Shown one piece after another: positions 22,201 to 34,700 of a DNA stretch of 64,000 nucleotides. The translations under genes and the position numbers were made by a program. The notes under the pieces were generated by a model. The model did not search any database and was not told the DNA's origin. It saw nothing but the letters and a program-made list of their open reading frames with translations. The DNA comes from Paraphysomonas bandaiensis. Lineage: Eukaryota > Protista > Chrysophyceae. The stretch spans positions 1 to 64,000 of the forward strand of contig CBFFRP010000164.1 of NCBI GenBank assembly GCA_965644295.1. The letters run 5' to 3'. How positions within the stretch are numbered: the stretch's first letter is position 1; every line of letters begins with the position of its first letter.

Positions 22201-24826
22201 AAACTAATACCATCCACACAATAGCAAGATAAGCCCTCGGATAACGCCTTAACATCAATCTCTGTAGTTCCAGTCGGGAAAAACTTAACATGACAAATTG
22301 CATCCTCGCTTCAACCACAGAATTCGCTTGTAGTTAAATAGAATACCACAGTGAAATTAAAAGATACTGAATTCTCAAATGCTCATAAGATTTTGGATTA
22401 ACCTTTGCCTTATATATCCAGTATATAACCAAATGAGAATTACGTAGAGCCACTAATGGTCATGTAAATAGATTCCGCACTCAATGACATTAACCACAAG
22501 TATTTGATCATCATAACCTTCACGCAATTCAATTGCAGGAAATACGCTTCAACTCAAACACTTGTTCATTTCACCCGCCATTAGACACAATTGAATATCC
22601 GTGAATACAAGTCCGAAGTAAATCAGAGAGACACTAACCTTAGGACTGAATAACATTCCACCAAATACTCGTAACAGCCAAGTTGAGCAAGTCTTAGCAT
22701 AAACCTTGTTGTAACCAGACATACTACAACAACGTTGTAAAACTCTTATTTCATTCATCATAAACAATAGAAGCGAGTTCACAAAAGGAACTTAATCACT
22801 CCACTATTCTGAATTTTAATCCATAATATTAACAACCTTAACTGCACAAACTTCACATCGACTCAATTCATCATCCGGAACTTAATATAGACTCATCAAC
22901 TCTCGTAAACTCAATTCAAAGATTTGATTCTTGCAACATTCTAACACAAAATCATATTCGTAAGTTGAAAATCAACTCAAAGCACTCTCCAAACATTACA
23001 AGAAAATTCACTCCAACAACTCCTCAACTTGATTTCAACACTTGAACTCATCATCAACATTACTGACACCGTTGTAACTTTGAATGTAGAACTTTGCATC
23101 AAAATTAAGAATTACCCACCAAAGAAACACCAAGAATAATACTTTCCATATTATTCACAATCACACTTCTTTAATTCCATAATATACAACCTCGAATCTC
23201 GAATTTTAAACATGAACAACCAGAAGTTCACACATTCCGAATATCGAACAAATAAATCAAGTTTGAACAATCGAACATGCTCCGCTTTTGAAATATCAAG
23301 ACTCCAAACTTCTCAAATCTTTTCAACCAATGTAATAATACCATAATATTGTCTCAAATCTCTCGTACAACCTTTTCAAGAAGACACACACAACTGAAAA
23401 CCGTAAGTGTCTTATAACCCGTTTTGACAACTGAATCTGAAAGGTAATCAACAACCATCATACAAATATTTGTGCACCAAACTCTACTTTGACATATCTT
23501 ATTTTGTACAATAATTGTAATTCATCCTCTCGATTTTAGAACGAAACAATATTTGATTAATGAAAATATCACCGGACGGACCAATCAATAACCACCCCAA
23601 TCAAAACATCATTCATCTCATTCTGAATATATACGAACATAGTGCACTGGTCTTATATTTCAGTAACCATACGTAACGATTTCCCTCAGATACAACATTA
23701 TAATATTGTAAACAATAGAATGATCCACTCAACGCAATCTCATTGAAAAGAATCCAACAATAGAAATATCAACTGAAATAACAACAAGCTCGCAAAGTAA
23801 TAACTCCCATTTTTAGTCTCGAAGTTAACCATCACTAGCATATATAATTCTTTCGCATGCAATAGTATTATCAACACCATACCTCCAAATATCATTGACA
23901 CTTAACCATCGATCTCATACCCGATGCATAATACAGTCAAACAATTGAAAAATACCAGCGACAAAGTTTTCAAAATTTCATTGACATGTTGTATCACTGA
24001 ACCATATTCACTTCAACGTAACAGAAACTTCAATTTCGAACAACTTTCAATCAACAACTAACCATGAATTTAGACAAGTTAATTCGTTGCATTTATGGAT
24101 ACCATATATTCAAATTCAATCCCATTGCAGATCCAAAAAACTGAGTAACCATTTTATAAGCATCAACAAGACAATGAATATCTCCAACTCCTTCCTGTTT
24201 CTATTCATTCTCTTTAATACAAAATGCAAAGCACACTGAAAACATATTGCTCCAAATATACTTTCCTCATACTGAAATTACAACATCAAAATTTACATTC
24301 TGTTCACATAGAGGCAATCGCGTTCATTAAAAACTGTTTACTTCCTCTGAAATTAAACTTTCGTATATGAATCATATAGTATTGCAAAACTTATCCAAAC
24401 CATACATGACCCTTGCAAAACTATAACAATAATTGCTTGCCATTGATGTTGAAACCATACCATTGATATTGAACAACTCTTTGCAGACTTTTTACCAATC
24501 TCAGACAATACTGTCATTCATTGAAACTTGATAAATTCACTGAAACCCATTCTTATACATTGAACTTAAAACCGAATTATTCTCTCGTAGTAGTCAGTAT
24601 CACACAGGACTATTGAGCATAATTTTAACTAGACATTATTGAATATGGATCACACTTCTCAAAAACTCAGAACTCCCATATTGTAACTCCCATCACAACG
24701 GTAAGGCTCACAACAACCTCAATCCATTCCGAAATAAAATGAATAAAACCATGATAAATATTGCATCATCATAAATAATAAGATGAACTTTGAAACAAAA
24801 GACACTTGCTGGATTTGGAATTGAAC

Positions 24827-25474
24827 TTACTGAATTAATGGCGGCCCTGGCCCATGCTCCGCAATAAACACAAGATTTGAAAGCAATAAACTCAAACTCT
24901 TGTTCAACGTAAGAAACTGAAAAACGTAACAAGCTGCATCTTGCTTTATCAGCATAAACAAGGAATATTCAAACACCGAATAATTGAACACTGAAAAAGG
25001 TACGACTGACATGCGCTCGATTACATCTGTAGCATCATTGGCAGTAGTCTCTTTTCCAAAGGAATTTGGAATTACCATTTCAGGATCAATGGCAACATGC
25101 TGCATAACAACTTGAGAATTATCAACAAAAATCTCAGCCTCGAATGACTCTGACTGAACGTCCTGCTGCTCAACAAATTCCAACATATCATTGACAACAT
25201 TCTGCACAATACAGTTCTCATCGGTTCTGGTCTGAAGTAGATCTGAATTAACTGGAATCGCTCGTCTTGAGGAACGTCGAGACTCCAACTGCTGCAATCT
25301 TTGTTCGAACATTTCGAAATGAAGATCGATGGACTCAAAACGCTTGTTCAGCTGCTCTTGTTGTTCAGCAAACCGCTGCTTTTGTTCAGCAAACTGTTCA
25401 TTTTGTTCAGCAAACCGCTGCTGAAGGAACTCCATAATCTTTGAAACCTCTTCTTCCGAACTCATAGTCGACAA
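24827..25474 (-). pseudogene. Gag-like N-terminal remnant with heptad (21-nt) repeats
   Basis: First ORF after the 5' LTR. QRFAEQNEQFAEQKQRFAEQQ coiled coil; the sequence decays downstream. Confidence 0.55.
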
Positions 25475-25522
25475 TAATATAAATAAACAATGTTTCTTTC
25501 TATCCGACTAAAGTATTAATAC

Positions 25523-25909
25523 TGTAATCTTTCTGATGAGAAAGACCGTGTTTACAACGTTTTATATGAATTTAAAGTGCTTCCCAAACCGAGAATACAC
25601 TGTCCAGAACACCAAACCGGTGAAACTGCCTCCTAACACAAGCAAACCGCGAGTATAGAATGAATTAAATTACGTTAAAACGTGTAAAGAAAAAGTGAAA
25701 ACATACAACACTCTATCTTGCTGTGAATCATCTACAGTTTACAGTATCATACTTGTACATATACGGGACTTATATCCCTTCAAGAATACAGTAACCGCAA
25801 TGTATACTAAATAAACTGAAAATGAAAGTACAACAGCATGCTACCTAGAGTACCGCAGTATAACACCGTATAACTCCACGTATAACAGTAACTACAGGTA
25901 TGCGTGACA
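25523..25909 (-). repeat. 5' LTR
   Basis: Direct repeat of 20337-20723. Confidence 0.95.
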
Positions 25910-25954
25910 GACACAATATCCCTGAATTAATTACGCTTCACCGAAAACGATATT

Positions 25955-26907
25955 TTATTTGAAGTAATTCTGCAACACTAAGTTCTCGTACAAAATATTC
26001 TTCTTTTCCGCATCATGTAATCGATGCAGTCGATCAGTTTGATCTTGCACTGTAGACATAAGCATAAAAGAATTTCGACCATCACTACAATGAACAGCTT
26101 GTTGAGGTGCAAGAGACACACCAGTATCATCACAAGCACCAAGAGAAGCAGTACGTGCCACAGGGATAGTAGGAGGTACAGGCGGTTCGGAAACACCAAC
26201 AATAGATGCAGGCTGAGCAGAGGGATCGTGCTGTACAGGTGAGGGAGCCACTTCTCTGCTTGATACGATCTGCTTCATCTCGTCTCTCAACTCCATACAC
26301 ATAGCCTGGGACTCTTTCAGTTGTTGCATCAACTCTTTGACGACAGCATCCTGGTGAAGGGGAGGGGGTGGATGAGGAATACCCCCATCCTGGTGGGTGG
26401 GAGGGGATGCATGAGAAATACTTCTATCCTCAATCGTGATTACTTCGTCATCATGGTACTTCCCCTGCACAATAAAAGTCAAAAGTTAAATAAAATATCC
26501 AAAGCATAAAAGCAGACATTTCTTACGACTTTACTCCGCTTCGGTTTCTTAGAAGAGATCTTCTCGACCAGTTCCTGCGCCTTCTTCATGGCGCAGGCCT
26601 TCTTGCGCCGCCCACACACTTTTGGCACCACTATACTGTTGTCCGAATGAACTTTCTTGGTTCTCCGGCCAGCCCCCTTTCGCTTTCCTTCAGAGGGTTC
26701 CTGGTCCCAGCCATCCGTCTCAACAACAACAAATGACCCCGTTTCATCCTTGTTTGGTCCTCTCTCCGGGACATAGGTAAAGTCATGGATTTCAAACCAA
26801 TTACCTAAGGAAGATATCAGTCTATCATGGTCCTCAAACTCCAGAGGAAGATATCTGTATTCCTTCTTAAACTTCGAGATCCCCTGTACGCGGAACCACT
26901 GTTCCAT
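25955..26907 (-). pseudogene. Accessory gene of the TIR element, copy 2 (5'-truncated; intron near 26466-26530)
   Basis: MEQWFR...KKPKRSK and HQDAVVKELMQQLKESQA...LHDAEKKNILYENL. Homologous to copy 1. Confidence 0.65.
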
Positions 26908-26991
26908 TGTGCCACGATAGTAATCAATCTGGTATGTTATTGTGTTGTAGATATTATATTATTATGCCATGTTTATATCTGTACAATATCA

Positions 26992-27427
26992 GGACAAGAG
27001 GTGGAGTCATCATCGTCTGATGACGATGGTAACCCCTCTATCACGTATTCTCCTGGGGACGAAATTGTTACTGTGACTAGGATGCGTGGTATTGTCCATG
27101 CTGTCAATGATGATGGTACCTATCATCTTGTTTACAAAAGCAAGAAGAGATGTGGTGCCACCAGGGAGGATAAGTCAGTGCGCTCCAAATACTTCTCGCT
27201 TGCATCTGGTATACTTTATATATATGCTTGTTTGTGTACTGTACCTAATATTGAATATAGCCCACCAGGATAAGCCTCATAATATTCCCTCCAGTAAAAG
27301 AGACAATATTCCGAGGTGGAGATATATCCAGGAACCCACTAAGGAGTGGGTAGACACAGGTGCAGTTGATTCTGCTTCTATTATTACTGGTAAACGTACC
27401 AGAAGTTCAGTTGATTATCGCTTGTAA
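26992..27427 (+). pseudogene. 3' exons of the TIR-element putative transposase, with a Tudor/SH3-like module
   Basis: YSPGDEIV...RGIVHAVNDDGTYHLVY between GT-AG introns. Reverse-complement match to 17389-17572. Confidence 0.5.
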
Positions 27428-27687
27428 GTATAGATAGCACTTTGTAATATATATAATAGTGCTATCTATAGTATGCATGTATTAACCGTTACATTAACCG
27501 TTACATTCTCACTTTTTGGACCTGTAACTAATATAAAACTTATTAAATGTCTCCAAAAACATGTTCTCTTTACACCTACTACATTACTTATTGCAAAACA
27601 TATAAAAAACACAACTTAAATCGACATTTTCAAAATTTCACCAGGTTTAGAGCGCTTCTCCAGGTTTGTTCATCACATCAACTTTTA

Positions 27688-27906
27688 GGGCTTCCGACAC
27701 CAGAAATGTACACAGGACATTGGATACGTCGACAAACATGCTCAATGATGGCTAATGCAGGCTGCACTTTAAGTGAAATTAAATCTGTATCTAAGCACAA
27801 GAGTGACAGAACTGTACAAGGTTATATAGATTCTGCTATCCCTATGAAGATCAAAGCGTCCGAGTCAGTTGCACTGGCTGGAGTTAAGCGTATATATTGT
27901 TCATAG
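27688..27906 (+). pseudogene. Tyrosine recombinase, catalytic C-terminus
   Basis: YTGHWIRR (HxxR), KHKS (H/W position) and QGYID (catalytic Tyr). Confidence 0.88.
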
Positions 27907-29149
27907 TAGTGATGACAATGATGATGATGCAAGTGACATAAAAAGCTTCGTGCGACTACAATATTGCACATTCACGGAAACATCACTTGCACGAATTTCA
28001 ATACCTCGCAGTTGCCATTCCCTCAACTTCCTTCTGCGGATTAGGGGTGCAGTTGTTGTAGCTATTGTCTATTGTTATATAATATAGCACAGTTGAGTCG
28101 ACACTCCCTCGTCATGTAGATAAATTTGATTTGAGATTGGATATTTCATTAGTTTCTTGATAATCTGATTAGCTATTTTTTCTTCTACCAGCAAGCTACA
28201 AACATGTCATAAGTACTAAATAGTAGATATTCAACCTCATGAGGATAAGCTACAATTTAACCTAGGGATAAGGAGTATCGTCCCTTGTCTAAATTTTAAA
28301 ACTCGGGCTTTTCGCCCTCGTTTCAAAATTTTGAGCGCGGGACGATATATAGCCTCCTTATTATTGCCCGTGGTTAAATATAACTATACTGATCATTGGT
28401 ACAAACCCATTATCTGTAGGCACAGAATTTTGGATGTATGTGCACAGTGATGTTATCATTTTATTAATCATAATTTTGTGTAACAGTCAGTGTAAAAGGG
28501 TTAGTATACACTTATAAACCGTAGTGAGTGTACAACAATACTAGACTAGAATGCTTATCATTATTATTTATTCAACAGGATGGCATCGTATGAACAAATT
28601 TCACGAGTATTTTTTGAACTAAAAGAGGAACTACAAACCGGGGGGTTTGAAAATGGCAATGCAGTCGGGTAGGGCCTATTGAGGCGAAAGAATGGATCAG
28701 GGTAGATGCAATTCGCAAACCACGCCAAGTCCCATGTGGGTTAGAGTGACAAGGTTCAAGCTGCATTAACTGGAAGTGGTTATATGTCCAGCGCACGTCT
28801 GGAACGTTAATCGCTGGTACAAGTAAGAAGGTGATTGCCGAAGGGCAAAAAAGCACTCATCAAACTGCCAACACGATATCATCGCAGCATGAAGCATTTG
28901 TATAGCACTACCAATGTTTGTGAGAAGTTGTTTAGCAGAGCTTAGATTGTTATGACTGATTTTTGCAAGCGAATGACACCTAGACACCATGAAAATTTAA
29001 ATGGTAATATTTCTGCGTGAAAATCGTCATCTTTGGGATGAGAATATAGTTCAGAAAGTTATTCTATAATCTAGAAATTGAAGGAAATTAATTAGATGTT
29101 TGATTACAGTAATAATTGCAATATTATTATTGTTGGACATCTGTGTCAC

Positions 29150-31481
29150 CCAACCCTGAGAAGAATGTTGTGATTATTAGAGTGTAAAAAGTGATGCAGG
29201 GTCGTAGAGCAACATTTGTGTAAACATTGGTTATAGTTAGACGTGTATTGAATTTGTCCAGTATTTTGGTGCCATATTGTTCCTGACTTTTAGAGTCGTG
29301 ATATTCTTATCGAAGTCCTGGTGGATGGAAATGCCTATATTACAAGTAATAATCTAAAAAAGAGTCCGAGATGACCCGTGTTTTCGAACTTTTTGGCTAG
29401 TAGAGGCAGTTTTTAAAGTCTTGAATATCAGTGTCTGATGCAGATGTGATGATAATAATGTTGTCATCAACAACATAATACATCATTGGCGATTAACATA
29501 ATCTTGCCATCGATCTGTTTTTTAAATAATATTATAATATATATATTATATATATACAAGGATCAGAATCTGTTAGTCTTGTGAAACCCATCTATTGAAA
29601 GAAGTCTTTTCTTAACAATAGCCGTTAAAAACGTGCACCCACTTAGTAGCTAGATGAATGCTAGACAACAAACTAGTTACATCAATGCAGTTCGCAATAT
29701 GTGAAGAAGATAGTTGCTCCTAGTAGTTTCGTACACAAGAAGATCGGCCAACATTAACTTGGTGGGTGTATATATTATGATCAACAGTCAATAGGTTTTG
29801 GCAATATATTCTCGAATGAAGTGATTTCGAAACGCCATAATATGTTTTGTACGGCGATGATGAGTATAGATAGGATTTCATTCTAATTTTTGCTGGGTTT
29901 GTTCGGTAAAGTTTTTGATCGAGAATTAATATGTTGTTTACAACCAATTGCTTTGGGTATCGTGTACTCTTCTGTATATATTATAATAGCAGCTTTCAAT
30001 GTCTGCAGCGTGAAACGGGTCGTCGAGTTCAATGAGACGCGTGGTTTTGCCAGTGTTGTCTACTAGGCCACGGTGCGCTGCAATCATTTCTTTCCTGAGC
30101 TTTATTTTGGTTGTTTCATATAAGTTAATCCGTCGTCCGGATCTACATGTGCGAGGCCTATTCGATATTTGAACTCTCTATTGATTGGTAGTCTCATTCT
30201 CTTTGAATATCTCATTAAAATCTCTCTGAAATACCTTTTGTCCGTTGCTGGAACACACTCATTGAAGAAGACATGTCTCGTTATCACAAGATATGCACAA
30301 TTGGATGATTTACTAAGTTACCTGGACGAGTATTCACTCATGAATCAAGTTAAGATAAGAGAAGATTATAATAAATATAATAAGCGATATATCACGTTAT
30401 CTCTACTATACCACTCATTTCTAGTACGATCTTACATCGTCATGATATCACTTCTCATAATACAGCTCATCACTACTGTATTCTTCGACAAACGGTCATA
30501 ATTCCAACACCTTAGAATTACAGCTTTTAATTGCTCAAACAGCAAAACTCAACACGCCCCCCTTTTCCATAACTCCCGTGCTACCGGGCGTATTCCTGGT
30601 CATCGACTCTATAGTATTATCTTCTATAAATATTGAAGTCTTCTGCGCGATGTGGGTTCTCCCCGTTGTTACAAGTGACCGATACCCTACTATGATGCCC
30701 TTTCTCTCTATCACTCTGGTGGTCTTTTATATAATAGTTCATCTTCGTCGTCTATGTGAAACGTCTTTACGAGATGTTGGAAATCGTACACTGATTTCGG
30801 TCTTGATGCTATCCTCACCCGTAGTGCATCGATTTGCGAGAAGTATTCCTCCGAGCGCGGGGGTAAATTATCATCCGTTAATATATGGACAGATGTGAAA
30901 ACCTTATTTTATGTAGCTGGAATAAATATCTGGTATCCCATCAGTTTCCGAATAACCCATGAGAAATCCACCTTCGCTTTTTGTCATCCCAGTCTTTGCG
31001 CCTGTTAGCCTTTTAGGAGTCAGTACATGCGGTCTACACCCCCACACTCTAAAACATTTCAGGCTAGGCGGTTGTCCTGTGACATATTTTATGAAATTGC
31101 ATACACAAATGTGTGTGTTGTCATGTAAAACATGTCAACAACATGATAATTGTTTCGTTCATGTCAACTACTGATCATCTTCCGTATCTTGAATCGTCAC
31201 GATACAATACTTCAGTTTCACAGTTATAGCTATATAGTATCTTTCACTACGTATTACCGATTTTACATTGTATTTAAGATATTCTACAGTACTATCTTAG
31301 AAAACCATACGTATTCCAACATCATCAACTAATGTAATATGAGTTTAAACTACTGTATTCTTCAAGAGGTTAAAGATAGCGGCACACGCCACGTTAAGAC
31401 ACACATCGCATTAAGAGCAAATTCAAGAACTGTATTCTACAGCATTGAATTGAACTTTTGAACTTTAAGCAAAACTCATCA
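29150..31481 (-). mobile_element. Degraded Ty1/Copia relics (two integrase-tail fragments, an RT fragment, PPT and LTR starts)
   Basis: Broken frames: FRVWG...KDWDDK...GFLMGYSE (~31000); FQHLV..HIDDEDELLY.TTRV (~30750); RHVFFNE...HVDPDDGLTY (30102-30287); MGFTRL.SDPCIY and VDD (~29460-29600). AAGGGGGCG-TGTTGAG at ~30554 and a related TGATGAGTTTTGC at 31481. Confidence 0.7.
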
Positions 31482-31778
31482 CAGAGTCTACGAAATTATC
31501 GCATTAGGTGTAGGTCAGATTTCGGGCCAAACTATGGGGTAGATTGCAATAGATAATGTTGCCTACAATATATTTGACCCGAAACTTTTATCGCCCACAC
31601 ATATTCGACTAAATTGAGTATTGTGACTGATGAGTTATTCACATGTTCACATAAATATAAAATATGCTCAAATTAAAATTTCGACAAAGTAGTACACTTC
31701 ACACAACAAAGTTAAACCTACATGCTGCTCTTGTAAATTCATATTCTATTTGCTATTTTAAAAATATGGTAAGAAATA

Positions 31779-34700
31779 CTACATTCGGCCGGAGTGAATA
31801 ATATCGGACTGCATTTGTCTTCCCTTTAACGAACCTAAACTTTGCTTCACTAGCCGTTCATTTAAAGGTAATGCGTAACCCTGCTCCACAAAAAAAGTGT
31901 AAAAAACACTGGAATCAACACAACAACTAACCTTAAGTTTGTTTTCATGCAACAGACGAGCAATAAAATTATCTACAGGGGCATTGATAGGCATGGACGA
32001 CAGAAGCTTTCTCGCGCCGGTTGGGGACAGTAAATACGCATGTAGTTGCCATAAGTAGTTCACTCGCAAAAGTTTGTGTTCATATTTTATATTCGCATTT
32101 CGCGGCTTGACATAACCGAGGAAGCATATATCCGTGTCACTAGGCAGCTTTCCTATTACATCACATACATTTGATAAGAAGTTTACAGTACTCTTTATTT
32201 CTGCGTCATCCTCCATCACAAGAAAGTATTTCGATTTGTTAGACTGCCACTGACTAAAGAGGTGAATATTGTCGATGATATCTCTTTCACCATTTCTTTC
32301 AAACTTTAACAACTGACGGGGATAGTCGATACATATCGGGGGCATGTGCTTCATGGCTTTGACACCGTTACCTCCAAGCTTAAATTTACAGGTATTCTGT
32401 GTCCAATTGTATATACACTTCCATACTATTGCATGACTAGCCGCACATGCTCTTTCAGAAGGTGTCATCGGAGTTGCAGTATTCACAGCGCATGATGTGT
32501 CGAACTTTGCGTTCAACGTTGAGTCCCAGTGGGTACCCACCGCCTCAGAATGTATGGACTCGGTTGTGGTCGTTGAATCGGTCAATGTGTTTAATGAATT
32601 TGGTGCACGGTGTCCTCTAGCATCCACTGCAGACACACGGATCCCAAGGAGATTGTGCTGCTCACATTGGTGTAGGCACTGCCTCCATCTGTAACGAACC
32701 CAAACCATAAACACCCATACACCGTAGCATATTCAGAAGTATACCTGTCGGCCCTAGCATCTAGGTTAATTATAAAGGCGGGACATTGTCTATACAGAAG
32801 TTGCCATGCCCAGTTTAACAGCTTGGTGGCAGGGGTCGAAGAAATGGAAAACGAAATACGACAGGGATTGAACAAGCATTCAGCACATGTGAACATATCC
32901 ATCAACACATCTCTTCTAGATTTACCTACCCATGGCTTAGGAATCCGCAGCAACCCTCTGTTGATAGCATTAATATACCTTGCGATCATGGAAATGCGGA
33001 ATTTACCTGATTGCTTCAGATGCAACTATGTGAAGGTTTCGTAGTGTCACATTGGACTGAGAGTCAAGCCGCAGTTCCGCCGTAGCTATGGAGGTGCATT
33101 CACGTAGAAGGCCACGCAACGAACAAGTGTACAGTGCTACGACAACCTCAAACATGCACACAGACAAAGCGGTGAGAATATGAAGCACTGCCTGAGCAAG
33201 ACAGTCAGGAAGGTGATCATCTTCATCTTGCTTCAGCAATTCAGAGTAAGCCACCTTCATAATGTGATTGACAGAAAGAACAGCATCTTTGAATACTTTC
33301 GGTGATACCGACGTGCACTGAACAAAGTCTATCGGCAAAACCAAGTCATCGGAACCGTCCATGCCTATAGGCCGAATGTCTTGATCAAGAGGTGATGCAC
33401 TTGGATACCGCATTGCCTGCAGAGAAAGCGTACAATTGCTAGTGGCAGACGATACATACGTCTCAAGTACTTTCGTCCACCCCTCATAACCGCGTCCCTC
33501 ATACTCCATCAGACCACTCTGCAGAACACCGTCCAAAAATCGTAGATTCTTAATAATATCTGATACATCTGCAATTTCAATACTTCCATTCGTATTACGT
33601 AAAATAGATTTCCAGTGGTTTTGCAAAGACGAAACAGCGTAGATCTCTAAATAGGGCACACTAGTAGTAGTTTCTGTTTTCTCCATAGTAGATTGAGCCA
33701 TTCCATTGATTGAAATCAAACGATCAATACAATAAACTGTTGGTGTAGCGCCAGGTGTACCCGTTTCACTCCCACGCTTCAACATAGTATACCAGGCCTT
33801 GTATATAGCACAAAGAGATTGAGCCATGCTGCCTACATTCATAACTCCCAGATGCGCAAATATATCTGGTGATGATATACAGTGCTTCGTATCACTTTCC
33901 GTTGAACATCGAGTTAACGCCTTGTGAATAATGTTCCACAAACCCTCATGCCTGGTAGTAACTGTAATTTCATTCAGAAATACCTCGTCCAGTAATGACA
34001 CATCACCAACGGAAGTAATTGGGATTGAAGAGCTTTCCCTATTCCACTTGCGCAGGACATTGCGAATGTCTTGTCCAGGAGTATTTTTATTCATGTGTGG
34101 TGAATAAGTTTCAAGTGTAACATCAGCACATATTTGCACGTAGTGCTCAATGTGTTCATAACAATACACAACTTCTGTTTCATTCAATAACTGGAGCAAC
34201 TCTTTAGTACTGTGTGGTGCATACTCTTCAGCAACCTTGACGAGCTGGCTTCTTAATGGCACCAATGTCTCTATCAATTTCATCTGCACATCGTGTAAGG
34301 AAAACGAATTTCAATGAATAGCACGCATACATATTTATACTTCCGTATTTGGAACATAGCTGCCCGAAAAGCTGGTATTAAGTAAAAACACTGACGAAAT
34401 CTGGAACAGTTACTGAAAGATGATATTCGAGACATTAGCTCTGGTAAAGCGCATAGCACACCAACAGCACATCCGCGTACATCTACATTGACGCTCAAAC
34501 AAGCAAACTTTTTGAGAAAATAAGTCAAAGTGTCTAATTTATCCTGGATGACGACTTTCAGTTATAAGAACATCATATAGCAATATACATACCGACAAGA
34601 CGGTCGACTTTAGTATAACAGCAGTGGCAATGCAAGTTTTGAGGTGCGATACAACCATACCAGAGCTCTCCAATGGAGGTAGGTGTTCATCGTCACTATC

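Larger units (their letters stand above)
20337..25909 (-). mobile_element. Non-autonomous Gypsy/chromovirus-like LTR retrotransposon
   Basis: 387-bp TG...CA LTRs at 20337-20723 and 25523-25909, identical by eye. GACA on both flanks. Polypurine tract GGAGGGAGAAGGGGTAG (minus strand, 20724-20740). Carries an integrase C-terminal ORF. Confidence 0.95.
20044..27684 (-). mobile_element. Two-gene TIR DNA transposon, copy 2 (both termini present, internally deleted), containing a Gypsy insertion
   Basis: Imperfect TIRs AAGTCGGTGTGAT / ATCACATCAACTT, with TTA duplicated at 20041-20043 and 27685-27687. Excision restores GCC CGA GAC TTA GGG (ARDLG) in frame. A 12-bp-stem subterminal hairpin starts near 20058. 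Confidence 0.85.
16315..28386 (+). mobile_element. Crypton-like tyrosine-recombinase transposon, interrupted by nested insertions
   Basis: The YR gene is in three pieces. Short terminal inverted motif TAGTTAT (16315) / ATAACTA (28380-28386), and a ~125-bp subterminal hairpin at 28256-28379. Confidence 0.8.

Noticed and set aside
17389-27100. One giant palindrome or foldback element centred near 19970
   Set aside because: The spacer is an exon of the host YR gene and each arm has its own TTA duplication, so these are two independent insertions.
28572-28990. Short minus-strand ORFs, vaguely kinase-like (AIQMLH)
   Set aside because: No catalytic-loop or DFG motif; cannot be supported.
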